The notes: generated by a model not told the origin, from the sequence alone. Counted from the whole stretch's first letter, positions 10,733 through 22,490 are shown. The stretch: DNA of 62,672 bases, filler included, from Stramenopiles sp. TOSAG23-3 (GCA_900128585.1; 7 parts of 7 records of this genome joined end to end with filler, not necessarily neighbours in it); one strand, 5' to 3'. Numbers and translations are program-made.

Positions 10733-11797
10733 ATGACGGCGCAATTATTTACGGTATTTTCGTTGACGGCTGCGGCGACCGTTTTTTACACGTTGGTGTT
10801 GGTGCTTCCCTCTTTCATAGACCCATACTCGAAGCATGCGACGTTGTGGCAATACGTTTCGCTCTTTGTTACCGTTGTTTTGCCCGTCTTATGGTGCGTC
10901 TATACGGTGAACTACGTAAAGCCACTGGGGAGTTTGGAGGGGAACTATTGGGGCTCGGAGGAGTGGCACGGCGGCGCTGGAAACCATGATTTTTGTGAAC
11001 CAAACTACGTCTACTACCGGCACGTGATTGAATTCCACAATACGTGGTCGTCACTTCCCGTGATATTTTACGGCACAGTGGGAACCTACTACACGCGGAA
11101 ATTCGCGACCTTGGAGAACAGGTTCCCGTGCACTTTCGTCTCGATTGGTGCGGTCGGGGTGGGGTCCACACTGTTCCATGGCGCCCTCCGTTCGTGGGGC
11201 CAGATCCTGGACGAAGTCCCAATGCTCTTTATTATTTTCGCCTTTGCGTACTGCCACTTGGAGGCAAAGACGACGCCCGACTATTACCCCTGGCTTCCGA
11301 TTGCGCTGACATTCTCGTGCCTCTCGTTTGTCGCGGGGTACCTTTTCTTTTACTTCTACGCGTTCTTTCTGATCGGCTTCAGCGGGGGGGTGGCAATTTT
11401 ATTGCTGTACGGGGTGTCGATTTATGCCTACAGCAGCAGGCTGAGCAAGCGGATCTTTCTCGGCGGCGTGCTGTCTCTATTGACTGGGTTCTTATGTTGG
11501 ATTGTGGACGACCAGTTATGCGATCGCGTTCACCAATGGAATTTGCACATTGGGTGGCACGTGTTTACTGGGCTAGGGGGTTACCTCTTTGGGTTGTTCC
11601 AAGTAACCCTTCGAGCATCGCCGTTGCGAAAGCGCGCCGTCCTCGTCGTCCCATGGATTGTTAGAAACACACCCGAAGGTGGGTACGACGTCGTTGGAAT
11701 GGAAATCGAAGCCGTCGGTAGATCAAAAGAAACGTTGGCCGTGAAGAAAGTTAACAATTTTCCAGAGTTCATATTGCCTTACGTTGCTTTGAGATGA
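10733..11797 (+). CDS. Alkaline ceramidase (ACER3-like, CREST superfamily)
   Basis: DFCEPNY, EFHNTWSS, GSTLFH, QILDEVPM and HIGWH motifs; two extra N-terminal hydrophobic helices. Confidence 0.92.
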   Translation: MTAQLFTVFSLTAAATVFYTLVLVLPSFIDPYSKHATLWQYVSLFVTVVLPVLWCVYTVNYVKPLGSLEGNYWGSEEWHGGAGNHDFCEPNYVYYRHVIEFHNTWSSLPVIFYGTVGTYYTRKFATLENRFPCTFVSIGAVGVGSTLFHGALRSWGQILDEVPMLFIIFAFAYCHLEAKTTPDYYPWLPIALTFSCLSFVAGYLFFYFYAFFLIGFSGGVAILLLYGVSIYAYSSRLSKRIFLGGVLSLLTGFLCWIVDDQLCDRVHQWNLHIGWHVFTGLGGYLFGLFQVTLRASPLRKRAVLVVPWIVRNTPEGGYDVVGMEIEAVGRSKETLAVKKVNNFPEFILPYVALR

Positions 11798-12578
11798 ATC
11801 CTTTGAATAAGAGTATCCTCAACAAAATGTTTTAAAAAAAATCATCTGAAACAGATTATTTTATACCACACACGTTCTCAATAAAAAGAAATAATAAATA
11901 ATTAATATATAAAAAAAGAAGAGAAAAAATACAACAAATTTTAATTTAATTTTTCTTCTTTTTCTTCATACTGTATACCAGTACCAGATATTTTTATACA
12001 AGTACAGGTACTACCGTACAGTACGTAGTACAACCATTAGAAATTTCTTTCTTCTTTTCGTTCTTCTGGAAATGAATTGAACGATAACTACCCTCGTTAA
12101 GGATAAAAATACAACGGGAGGAGGATTAAATATTAATCTTTATTAAATACATATACACAGTATTATAATATATTTATTATATATAATGATTATTATATTA
12201 TTCTTAATTTTAACAAAAATACGACCTGTACTAGTCGTCTATAAAAAAAGAAAGAAAGAAAGAAGAAGAAGAAGAAGAAGAAAGAAGAAATAAAAATAAT
12301 AATATTTTCTTCATTTTTTTAATTTTTTAAAATTAATTATTATTATTATTATTAAAAAAATGAAAATACCCATCATTTGTGTGGGGGGGGTAGGCGGGAA
12401 AAGATGTAAAACATATCTCTTGTAACATTTGACAACTAATAATAAAAACATATTTAAAAAGAGAAGAACCATTAAAGAGCAGAGATTTATAAAATTACTC
12501 ATTGTTTCTATTATCGACGCATTTGTTAATTTTTTTATTCCCGTGTACATAGTCGTCTACTTGATACATATCTTTCGC

Positions 12579-13907
12579 ATGGCAGCCATGACGGGAGAAG
12601 AAGACGTGGCCGGCCAGTCGTCTGCTGGGCAGCAAAGCAGTGCGCCTTTTTCGGTGCTGTCGTGGAATGTTTTGGCAGACTGCTACTTAAAACGGCCGGT
12701 GGACAAAGATATATACATGCACTTACCATCTGATTCGCAGCTGTGGGATTGGGGGTATAGGAAAGGTCTTCTCATAGATGAAATACTTTCACAGGATGCT
12801 GACATTGTTTGCCTGCAAGAGGTCGAATTTACCGCGTTTGAAAACGACTTTAACCCTGCCATGGAAAAGGCCGGGTACAGCGGGCGCATTCAACAGGACA
12901 AGCGGAGAAGTGAAAATCATGCGCAGGGCGTTGCAACGTTTTGGAGAAATTCCAGGTTTCTTTCGCAATCAGACTTTAGCAAAACCCGGACTTACACGGT
13001 TGTGCTGAAGGACACGCAGGCCACACACAACCCCCTTTTAGCCGTTATCAACGTTCACCTAGAAGGGCACCCTTTAAAATGCGTGGAACGGTGCAAACAG
13101 TTGAAATCGGCTTTGGCCCAATTGAACAATGACATTTCGCATCACGGAGTTCTCGTCTGTGGCGATTTTAACTGCCAAATGGGCTCCTCCTCTTCGAGTG
13201 CTTACTTGGCAATGGGAAAGGTCCCCCTTGTTCAGGGGCAGGTTCCGTTTTTGGAATGGGGCCGAGAAGTCTCCCCGGACGCCGCCAAAATTACCACGCA
13301 CCCGTACAAGACATTTTCATCGGCGTACGAGCCAAGCCGGGCGATTCAAGCGAACGTGATGTCACTGGGGGAAGAGTTTACGTTTTCGACTAGGCCGGGC
13401 AACGTTGTGGACGGTCTCGATCAAGTATGGTACACCGATGATGTGCTGAAGCTTCAGGGGGTGAAGCCTTATTTCAAATCCAAGTCGCAGCAGGAAACAA
13501 TTCTGAAAAACGGTTTGCCGCATGCTGTGAATGGAAGCGATCACATATCCGTGGGGGCGACTTTCTCCTGGAGCATTGGTTCATCTCTTCAGGATTTGAA
13601 GGGGGCAGCTTTGAAGGGGGCAGGGCCCAAAATGGAAGACCTTTCCGTTGAACAGCTAACCGAGCAAGTGAACGAGCTAGTGATTGCGTGTCCCATTACC
13701 GACGAAGAAATGGAGGAGTTCAACACCGTCACAGCAATAGCCCCAAAGTCGAAAGGAAAACCTTCACCAGAAGAGTTGGCCGCGTTCAAGGACTTAAGGC
13801 TTCGGAAAGAGGCCCTCTTGAGGAGTGTGTCGGACGAAGCAGGGCAAATGTTGCGGACAATATTCACCGCCCGAAAACGGATAGCAAAGCTGCAAAAGAA
13901 GAGGTAA
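12579..13907 (+). CDS. Endonuclease/exonuclease/phosphatase of the CCR4/Angel/nocturnin group
   Basis: SWNVLAD, DIVCLQEV, CGDFN, LDQVWY, GSDH motifs. First ATG at 12579; the upstream ORF-track extension is AT-rich spacer. Confidence 0.9.
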   Translation: MAAMTGEEDVAGQSSAGQQSSAPFSVLSWNVLADCYLKRPVDKDIYMHLPSDSQLWDWGYRKGLLIDEILSQDADIVCLQEVEFTAFENDFNPAMEKAGYSGRIQQDKRRSENHAQGVATFWRNSRFLSQSDFSKTRTYTVVLKDTQATHNPLLAVINVHLEGHPLKCVERCKQLKSALAQLNNDISHHGVLVCGDFNCQMGSSSSSAYLAMGKVPLVQGQVPFLEWGREVSPDAAKITTHPYKTFSSAYEPSRAIQANVMSLGEEFTFSTRPGNVVDGLDQVWYTDDVLKLQGVKPYFKSKSQQETILKNGLPHAVNGSDHISVGATFSWSIGSSLQDLKGAALKGAGPKMEDLSVEQLTEQVNELVIACPITDEEMEEFNTVTAIAPKSKGKPSPEELAAFKDLRLRKEALLRSVSDEAGQMLRTIFTARKRIAKLQKKR

Positions 13908-14051
13908 GCAAGAGAGAGCGAGAAGGCCCGACACATCTTGGTAAGAGGTCATTTTTAAAGGACACAGCGCCTTTTTTTTGTTTACTTGCTGGACTGTAAA
14001 TACACTGAATGGCCCCCTACATGGATCTTTAGGGAATGTTTTTAAAATAAT

Positions 14052-14141
14052 AAAACAAGAAAATTGGCTGTTATTTAAGTAATACTACGAACTGAACTCT
14101 AGATTTAGACATTCGAGGTTTACGTTCCTTCATGTACTGCG
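14052..14141 (+). repeat. Dispersed 3'-associated element, subtype with GAACTGAACTCTAGATTTAGACATTC insert
   Basis: Core AAAATTGGCTGTTATTT followed by a segment closely matching 60681-60740 on another contig. Confidence 0.85.
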
Positions 14142-14166
14142 TAAATAATTTAAGTTAATTTAAAAA

Positions 14167-14266
14167 NNNNNNNNNNNNNNNNNNNNNNNNNNNNNNNNNN
14201 NNNNNNNNNNTTAATTAATTAANNNNNNNNNNNNNNNNNNNNNNNNNNNNNNNNNNNNNNNNNNNN
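14167..14266. other. Artificial contig linker N44-TTAATTAATTAA-N44 (also at 28421-28520, 42668-42767, 56903-57002, 58830-58929, 60754-60853)
   Basis: Identical 100-nt spacer with stops in all six frames. Segment lengths 14166, 14154, 14147, 14135, 1827, 1824, 1819 are sorted by size. Confidence 0.99.
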
Positions 14267-14947
14267 TCCGATCAGATCTCCGCAGCGTACTAGGCGCTTC
14301 AAACACTCTAACGTTTCGCAAATTATAGATGGGTCACGAGTGTTAAGAGCGGTCTTGATCGGGATTATTAGCTGGGGAACTACGGGCAACACTTTGCCTA
14401 GCCGGCCGCCACGATCAATGAGCTGGTGTACACCACGGAGCGCAAGCGTTCTGTATGGTTCTTCCGTTTCACGTATACCGTCAAAAAATATTGGAAGGTA
14501 ATGGTGATAATCCAACTTATCAACTTCGACACTCCAGGTAACTTGGTTCATTCCGTTTTGGGGCAAATGCAGAATTTTCATTGGCAAGTCTCCCCTTTCG
14601 TAGAATCGTCGAAACTCACTGGGCTGGACTTTTCTTTTTCTGAACACATGGCACTTGGGGGGAGGCACTTGTGCCGGGGCGGTACCTTTCTTGGTCGAAG
14701 AAAAAGACCCACCGCTGCCAGTGTGGGCTTTCAGCAGACGTGTCTTTTGCTTTGATGGAGAGACCAACCCCGATGCCTTTTTTTTTGGTTTTCTTTGCCT
14801 CTTTACCTGCATGTCTTCTGGGAACGCCCCAAAGCAGCTTTGTGCATGTGCAGTTCCTTCAATATCCCCGATGATCAGCGCACGAATCTGTTGGTCCTTT
14901 TTCGTCATCACCCTCTTTGTCTCTGCTGCTCTTCGTTCGAACGACAT
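14267..14947 (-). CDS. PACRG: Parkin co-regulated protein (axonemal inner junction), 3' truncated by contig end
   Basis: FRRFYERGDLP, LDYHHYLPIFFDGIRETEEPY, LPVVPQLIIPIKTALNT. Confidence 0.95.
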
Positions 14948-16163
14948 TGTTGTTAATCAATACTTATCGAAAGTGTACAGTTAATTATCAAGAAAAATGT
15001 ATTAAAGAAGAAAATCAATATTGCTTTCCAATTCTTTCGAAAAAAGTAAAACATTGGTGTAACTTTAAATACAACAGTTGCCACTAGGGTCCGTAATGAT
15101 TCACCAACGATCGTTCGTCCTTTAAGTTCGTACATTATTGTACCGGTTGTACTTAGTACCGTGGTACCTGTACCGTACCGTAGTTAGTATGCAAGAGGCA
15201 AGAGAGAACAACATCTTGATGATGAAGAAGAAGATTTTATTAGATACCATAGTGTGTATAGAAAAGAAAGAAGTGTGTGTGTGTGTAATATTTTATTTTA
15301 TAAATTCTACTACTGTACTGAAATAATATGACAATATCATTCAATCATTTTTTGTCCGTTCAACTCATACAACAAAAGAAGATGCCTCCCTCCTCCCTCG
15401 TTCGTACGTACGTATAACAACAATAAACAACAGCATTTATAAATAATTAAAAATACAAAGAAGGTAGAAGGGAATGAGGAACGAACTCTTGTAACAGCTT
15501 TCTACAATTTATACGAATTCATAGTCTAATACAGAATATAAGTAAAATTGATGCAATAGTGCAACTATTATGAGGACTTCGTAGGTATAGTATTATAATT
15601 ATAAATATGATGGGCGTATGAATAATATAAATAAATCAAATTCATTTACGAATATTGTTTTATTTATATTTCATCGTTCGTTCTTCCAGTAGTAGATGAA
15701 ACTGATTTTTCTAAAAAAAGAAGAAAAGAAAAAGAAATGTTAACAATTAAGGTAGTCGTCTATGTTAGTATAACATAGTATTAATACTATATGATTCCTT
15801 ATTTATCACTTAACGATAATAATTACTCTACTTACTATGTGGTCGCTATACGCGTAGCCTCAATAGAACAGACTATATTATCCTTATTTAAACACAATAA
15901 CAGCATTCACCACACGTTATACCACACATTCAAATAATAATTAAGAAGAACAGACAAAAAATAAAATGTATTTTTCTGTTCCTCATATCGTATCTAACGA
16001 ATCAATGTCCAGGACAGAACATCATTGAACATATTAAAAACCAAATAATCACAACAGAGGAAGGAAAGACCTCAACGCCTTAAGGAGAATTTGCTGGTCA
16101 CAAGGGATTTCTTGTAATATGTTACTCGTCTAGTTGAAAACAATTCAAGAAGTGCCCGTTATT

Positions 16164-17972
16164 ATGAGTGTTTCCAGCGTTAAGCCAAGTGCAAAATCAT
16201 CTGACGTTGGCACCCGCCGAGCGTACATTTGCGATTCAACGCGAAATGGCCCGTCCAATTATTGTACCAACAGCATAAAAACCTCTAAATACACGGCTGT
16301 TAACTTTATCTTTAAGAATTTGTGGGTTCAATTCCATCGACTTGCGAACGTTTACTTTGTCTTTGCGGGGGTGCTGGAGTGTATACCCCAGGTTACCATG
16401 ACCAATGGGGTGCCCACTTATGCCATGCCGCTCGCATTTGTGCTAGGAATTACAGCTATAAAGGATGCGCTGGAAGACTACGCGCGCCACAAAGCCGACG
16501 ACGAAGAGAACGACAGGGTTACAAAGTGCTTCGATAGAGGTTCCAACAGCTTTGTAGAAACGAAATGGTCAAGAGTAAAAGTCGGGGACATCATCCGTCT
16601 GCAGAATCGGGATTTAGTGCCCGCAGACATGGCCATGATATCAAGCAGCGTGGAGAATGGTTTGTTGTACTCGATGACTGCGAATTTGGATGGAGAAACA
16701 AATCTGAAACTGAGAAAAGTTAACGAGGAAGCGGCGCTAGACACTGCACTCTTTGGTGTGTTACTATGTGTGTTATTTTGCATTTAAAACTACTGTGTTT
16801 GCGTCTGGGGAAGACACGAGCATGTGGTACTTTGGAACAATAATGCATTTTTTAATCGTGCTCACCGCAAACGCAAGAATTCTTATGATGACCCGGGATT
16901 TTACATAATTCTTATGATGACCCGGGATTTTACATGGTTGGTGTTTGTCTCTCATTTTTTGTGTTTCGTCGGCTGGGTTTTCTTTCTGTGGTTCTTCTGT
17001 GCCCCTTTTTGGGACGAGCCGTCGATGTTTAGCATTTTTAACAAACTGTTTGGCTCTTTTTCTTCCTATGTAATAATAATTCTAGGAGTTGGGATCAACA
17101 TCTTCATCTCATTCTTACCAACGGCTTTCCGTGTAGTCGTCCATCCCTACCCGAGTATGGTCTGTGCTGAGAGGGAGGGCCGAAAAGGTTTGATTTACCC
17201 TGATGATGGGTCCTTGGAGGAAGGCGCACAGCTTCAGCTTCCTGGAGAAAAGAAGAAGAAGCGCATAAAGCGCTCAAAAAGTGCAACGGAGAAGCGCTCC
17301 GCAAAAGAACACATAGTGCAAATGGTGATGACACTTTTCCGTCATTACGATGAAGACAGAAGCGGTTCTGTTGGACCATCGGAACTGAAGTCTATATTGA
17401 TCGACGGTGGTGCTGCTGGTGGCCATGATTTGTTTGAAGAAGAACTGGAAACGTTCGTCCATGAAATAACCGGGACTTCGGACATGGAAATTTCTAAATT
17501 CCAATTCAGCTCTTATGCAACGGACATAGCCCTGAAGTCGACCGTTCAAATGCAGAATTATCGAAGAAAGGGGCGCTTACACGACGCGTTTGCCACCGTT
17601 CTTACGAATGCAAAGGACAAACTTGAAAGTAGAGTGCTTGAATTGCAGCAAATATTTGAGTTTTATGACAGCAATAGCAGAGGGGAGATAAACAGAGACC
17701 AATTTGGCAATATGCTCACTGATATCACCGCCGAAGATGTAAACGGCGACGGGGTTAAAGTTACTGCAGAGGACGTCGAGTTATTCGTGAAAGCTTTGGA
17801 CGCAGACGGCGACAACATGATAGGACAAACGGAATTTATTGATTACATGCTTCGGGGCATGGCAATGACCCCAGACGAGCGCTCGAAATTTGCTCGAAGA
17901 AGTCAGATGCACGCAAAGCTCAACCGTTTCGTTGAAAATATATTATGGCGATTGGACGCAGAGGAGTTGTAA
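16164..17972 (+). pseudogene. P4-ATPase (phospholipid flippase) with catalytic core deleted and C-terminal EF-hands; pseudogene or misassembly
   Basis: N-terminal NSIKTSKY...QFHRLANVYF...LDGETNLK ends near 16740. A different frame then gives the late TM region LHSLVCYYVCYFAF...SMWYFGT...TRDFTW. No DKTGT motif. A 29-nt tandem duplication (16878-16906/16907-16935) shifts frame again. EF-hand loops follow. Confidence 0.8.
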
Positions 17973-18050
17973 AATTAAGCTTTAAGCATTTATTTTATTC
18001 CAAAAGGTTAAAAAAGGAGAGTCTTAAAACAAAAAAAATAAAAATAATAA

Positions 18051-18380
18051 AAAAAGAGCAGATTCATTTTCGCGGTACACGAGGAAGATAAATTTTAATT
18101 ACTCAAATAATAACAGCCATTTTTTTGTTAAAAAGTTAAAATGAGGTTAAATAAAAGCCAATTTTCTTGCTTTTTAAAATGAGGTTATAGAGTAAAATCT
18201 CAGGAGCAGAGATAAGTTCGCAGTATGAAGAAGATAAATTTTGTATGAAGAAGATAAATTTTAATTATGTTACTTATTTTAAGTAGGACTAATACTTAAA
18301 ATAACAGCCAATTTTTGTTTGTTTTTAATACTAGTCTCTATTATATAGCTAAAAAACAACAGCCAATTTTTTGTTTTAAA
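18051..18380 (-). repeat. Cluster of four 3'-associated element cores, two with long extensions
   Basis: AACAGCCA-type cores near 18112, 18153 (degenerate), 18303 and 18358; GAGCAGA...TTCGC(G/A)GTA...GAAGATAAATTTTAATT at 18056 and 18204. Confidence 0.8.
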
Positions 18381-18621
18381 AAATGAGGTCAATGTTTTTA
18401 GCTTAAAATGAGGTTCTTCTTACTTCTCTCATACCAAATTGTTTTTCACACCTAATAATTTTAACAGCATAATATGAACACAAATCAAAAATACCTTAAT
18501 AATAAGTAGTTTTTAATCTTTTTTTTGTGTGCGGCTTTGACAACTATATAGAAATAGCGCTTATGAAATTAAAAGTGTATTACAGCTAGCTTTTTCCTGC
18601 GCGTGAAAAATTATTTGAGGT

Positions 18622-20181
18622 TTACTTCTTTCTTTCTCGGAGCCCATCGCGGCCTTTCTTTCTATTTTCTTTCACACAGAAGCGACTCTCTGGCTTTTCA
18701 ACTATCTGCTCTTCTACAAGGTATTCTCTGACAAGTCGCAATCGCCGGCTATCGGTCATGGACGCAGACTTCAATTGTTCCGATAGACCTGGGGGGAGCC
18801 TACTCTGCGTCTTGTTCATACGTTTCACATCATAAACTACCAATTGCCAGTAATCGTAGAGTTGGCACATGAGAAACATTCCCTTGTATGCGGACTGGGG
18901 CATTTTGATAATGAATTTTGATGAATGCTTGTCAACGCCTATGTCATCTTCTGCATTATTTTTTTCTACCGCAGCCTTTTTCCTCTCGCTCTGTTTGCTT
19001 CCTGGTTGGGGCTTTGAAGAAGCAGCTCTTTTGCTTTTCTTCTCTTTCCCAGGCGACACACGTTTGTCGTCGTTTTTGGATTCTGCAACAGCTTTTGTTT
19101 TTTTCGATTTCTTCTTCCCTTGCTCTATTAACAGTACCCTTTTGCCGTCCCTAAAAAAGAATGTCACGCGTTCAATCAATGCTTTGCATAATTCTTCGCG
19201 CCTGTAGTGCTGCAAAAGCTCCACCCTATCTGACATTATTACTTGAACGTCATGGACGCTGAGAAGTTTTTCAACAGTCACTTGGTCCGAGGGCACGTAC
19301 GCCTGTATCACTAACATTTTGCCACGAGTGGATGCAGACAGGATCGTAAACACACCACTCAAGTTTCTGCCTATTTCGTATATTTTTGTGTTGTCTGGTA
19401 TACGTTCTTCCCGTTTAACCCCTGCATTCTGCGGCGGGCTGTGGTGGGAACTTGCCCCAGGCGGTTTTATTCCGATATCCCTTTCTATTCCGTTCTCCAC
19501 ACCCGTTGTCATGTGGAACATAGGCGAAGGCAGAGATTGAGCCACACTTTGTGGTTCTAAATTTGGCTCACTACTACTACCATGCACGGGGGGCAAACTT
19601 CGCGCCCACTTTTTTCTTAGACGATTCTTCGCCATAGACCTATCCCGTTTCATCCTTTTATTTTTCTTTGAGAATCGCAGAGTTTTTCTGTTCCCGTTCT
19701 TATCGTACCGGGACATGTTCTTTAAGTATTGTTCGTTCTGGCGCCGCTCTTTGGCCCACGTTTTCCTATTGTACTCGCCTTTGTTTCTTTCGATCCGGCT
19801 CACTAACTTTTCATTTTCCCGATTGACACGCTTGTACTCTTTTTGTCTTGTAATCTTATTAAGACTGCGGGGCCCAACTTTTTTTTTGCTCATGGTCTCG
19901 TAAATTTCTGCAGGGTGCCTCATCAAGTGACTAAGCTTGTTCAGCAAGACGCGGTTCTCCAGCTCAATATCCAGGTATCTTGCACGCTTGATTGCTTTGC
20001 GTTTTGCGGCACGCGTTTTCATACTAAGCCCCTCTTTTGGAGACGACATGAACTTCTTCACTTCAGGCTTCATATGCTTCAACCTGCTCTTGTGAATATC
20101 TTGCTGGAAGTCGTCCCAGTCTTGAGTAAAAATATCTTCCCCTTTGCGCCCCCACGGTAGCGAGTAGTCCAAGGCCTTCAT
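18622..20181 (-). CDS. CFAP97/KIAA1430 (hemingway) domain-containing ciliary protein
   Basis: DIELENRVLLNKLSHLM...SLNKITRQKEYKRVNRENEKLVSRI...YNRKTW pattern; first ATG at 20181 (MKALDYSLP). Confidence 0.75.
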   Translation of the reverse strand: MKALDYSLPWGRKGEDIFTQDWDDFQQDIHKSRLKHMKPEVKKFMSSPKEGLSMKTRAAKRKAIKRARYLDIELENRVLLNKLSHLMRHPAEIYETMSKKKVGPRSLNKITRQKEYKRVNRENEKLVSRIERNKGEYNRKTWAKERRQNEQYLKNMSRYDKNGNRKTLRFSKKNKRMKRDRSMAKNRLRKKWARSLPPVHGSSSEPNLEPQSVAQSLPSPMFHMTTGVENGIERDIGIKPPGASSHHSPPQNAGVKREERIPDNTKIYEIGRNLSGVFTILSASTRGKMLVIQAYVPSDQVTVEKLLSVHDVQVIMSDRVELLQHYRREELCKALIERVTFFFRDGKRVLLIEQGKKKSKKTKAVAESKNDDKRVSPGKEKKSKRAASSKPQPGSKQSERKKAAVEKNNAEDDIGVDKHSSKFIIKMPQSAYKGMFLMCQLYDYWQLVVYDVKRMNKTQSRLPPGLSEQLKSASMTDSRRLRLVREYLVEEQIVEKPESRFCVKENRKKGRDGLRERKK

Positions 20182-20704
20182 TGTTTTCCTTCCTTTGTAC
20201 CAGTAACTGCCCGCCCACCTACTGTAGAAAAAAAGCAATAACTATAGAGTCCTACGATCGAATTTCGGTTGTTTCAGAACGAATTATATAAAAATTGAAG
20301 ATCATGGATATTGATTTTTGTTATGGAACGGAAGGTTTGTTTAAAATGTACATTTTTACATACATACGTGCTGGTTGCTGACTTAATCATTCTTTATAAA
20401 CGCGCGCCGTGAGCCGTGTGACCGGCGACCTTCTTCCTCCTTCCTTCGTACGGTACCTTGTACCTGTTCCTTCTTCCTGCGTAAATACAAAGTATTGTAC
20501 CTGCTGCTGTTATGTATTACATTAATACCCCCCCCACCCGTATCCCTATTAAAACCAGCTACAACACTTTTCTTTTTCCTACTTCTTCTTTTCTTCTAAT
20601 AATATATCAACACAGCATCGGAGATAATTTAATAGTAGTAAACGGATAATTTTATGCCACATGTGTTAACAATAGGGTTTTAAATATCAGTCGTATATTA
20701 TTTA

Positions 20705-22488
20705 TCAACCACAGCTTCCACCTCCACACCCACCGCTTGCAGTATAATCAAGTGGTGTTGTTGTGTCAGCCTTTTTAACTTCCATGCTTGCAAAAGCTTC
20801 TGCGTCTGTGATGTGAACACCAACTATAAAAGAGAGTGAGTGAGAAAAAAAGTGAATATGTTAGTAAGACGGTTTATGGAATGAAAGTGGATTGATCCAA
20901 AGGGTGACTTACTCATTTTATCAAAATCAGATTTGGTTGCTCCCAGATTCAATGCAAGGGAGAAGCCCTGCAGCACCTCGCCGGCATTTGGGCCAACGAA
21001 ATGAAACCCGACTATACGGTTTCCTTCCGATTTCAAACAAATCAATTTTGCGAAACAATTGGGAGAAATGGGTTCATAACTTCCCTCATCTATACTTTCA
21101 TGCTTCAGTCTATTGGATGCTTCTAATTCAAGACTTTTCCAAGACCATAAAAAACAGTCAACGTTGTTTTTCCCGTAGACTGTCTCTGCAGTGTCCTCGC
21201 TTTCCCCAACACACCCGTACTCGAACGGGGTAAACACCGCGGTAGGTACTTTTAGCCCATCATAATCCATCGTTTCCATCGACCCATTGAACAACCGCCT
21301 GGACAAATACCTCCCACACTGGACGGCAACGGGGGTAAGTTCGGGCCTGCTCTCCACGACATCACCAACGGCGTATATATGTGGAACGTTTGTTCTATCT
21401 TTATCATCGCATACAATTTTACCGTTCTCCGTCGTCCCGACACCTGCTCGATGCAGCTCCAGCCCACTCGTGCATGCTTCACGGCCTATGGCATACAGTA
21501 CGGTATCGTACTCTTCCGCTTCCTCTTCTCCTTCAAAGGTCACATGCAGTGTCCCATTGGCCCCTTTGTCGATCCGTTTCGGTATTTTTTCCCTGAAGAA
21601 ACGAATGCCAACATCGTTCATTAAATCGAACACCTTTGCTGCACAATCCGAATCGAAACTACGCAGAATTTCATTCGACCGCATGGCGACCGTCGTATCA
21701 AAGCCGAGGGAATTCAAGATGCCCGCGGTTTCTAAACTAATGTACCCGCTTCCCACACAAAGTGTTTTACCAGGCACTTTCTTATCCCAAAAGATGTCGT
21801 CGCTGGTAATGGAATGTTCGATCGCACCTTCCACGTCTGTAGGAACAATAGGCCTGGTCCCCGTAGCGACGAGAATGTTTGCAGCAGAAACAGTCGACTT
21901 GCCGGCTTCCGACAAAAAGCTATCGTTTCTAGAATCATATCTCAACGTGTGTGGACTTTCGAACGCCGCGTAAGCATTGACATATTTCACGCCAGCTTTC
22001 GACAAGGCAGACGACGACGAGAAACTGAGAGAACGAACGTGGTTAACGACGGTCTCAACGAGTTCGGCCCAGTGAAAGGCCGGCTTAGCGTTCGACGAGG
22101 GCGACAGTTCCCACCCAAATTTGCGAGCATCTTGAAACAGTTCGCCGCAAATAGCTGCATGGTGCATGAGTTTTTTGGGCACGCAGCCCACATTTATACA
22201 GGTCCCCCCCACCCCCCAACTGTTTCCTTGTGTGGACGGCTCAACATAATCAAATAAAATAACGCGGGCCCCACAGTTTGCGGCTTCCTTCGCCGCCGCG
22301 AGGCCTCCCGACCCACCGCCAACAACGGCAAGGTCATACTCATACTTGCTTTGGAGCGGAACCCTTTCATTTTTTGTTTCAAACTGAGACGTATCAAATC
22401 CAGAGAGATCAAAGCTCGAAAAAAACGCGGCCGGCGAACGTGTGGAAACAAGTCTAAGCCTAGTTTGCAAACTGAAACATCGCCTCAT
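20705..22488 (-). CDS. High-Mr thioredoxin reductase, likely mitochondrial, two exons (22488-20913, 20823-20705)
   Basis: GGGSGG FAD site, CINVGC redox pair, Arg/Ser-rich N-terminus. Splicing gives ...FDKMIGVHITDAEAF...SGGCGGGSCG-stop. Confidence 0.93.
20824..20912 (-). other. 89-nt spliceosomal intron
   Basis: GTAAGT donor, TACTAAC branch point (20860-20866), pyrimidine tract, TAG acceptor. Removal restores the conserved TrxR C-terminus. Confidence 0.93.
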
Positions 22489-22490
22489 GC

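Noticed and set aside
13900-13912. AG-GTAAG donor-like site overlapping the EEP stop codon
   Set aside because: The domain is complete and I found no convincing downstream exon; cDNA would be needed.
20702-20713. TGT GGT TGA TAA read as a selenocysteine TrxR tail
   Set aside because: The Cys pair is already complete (CGGGSC) and the pattern is not Gly-Cys-Sec-Gly; tandem stops are the simpler reading.
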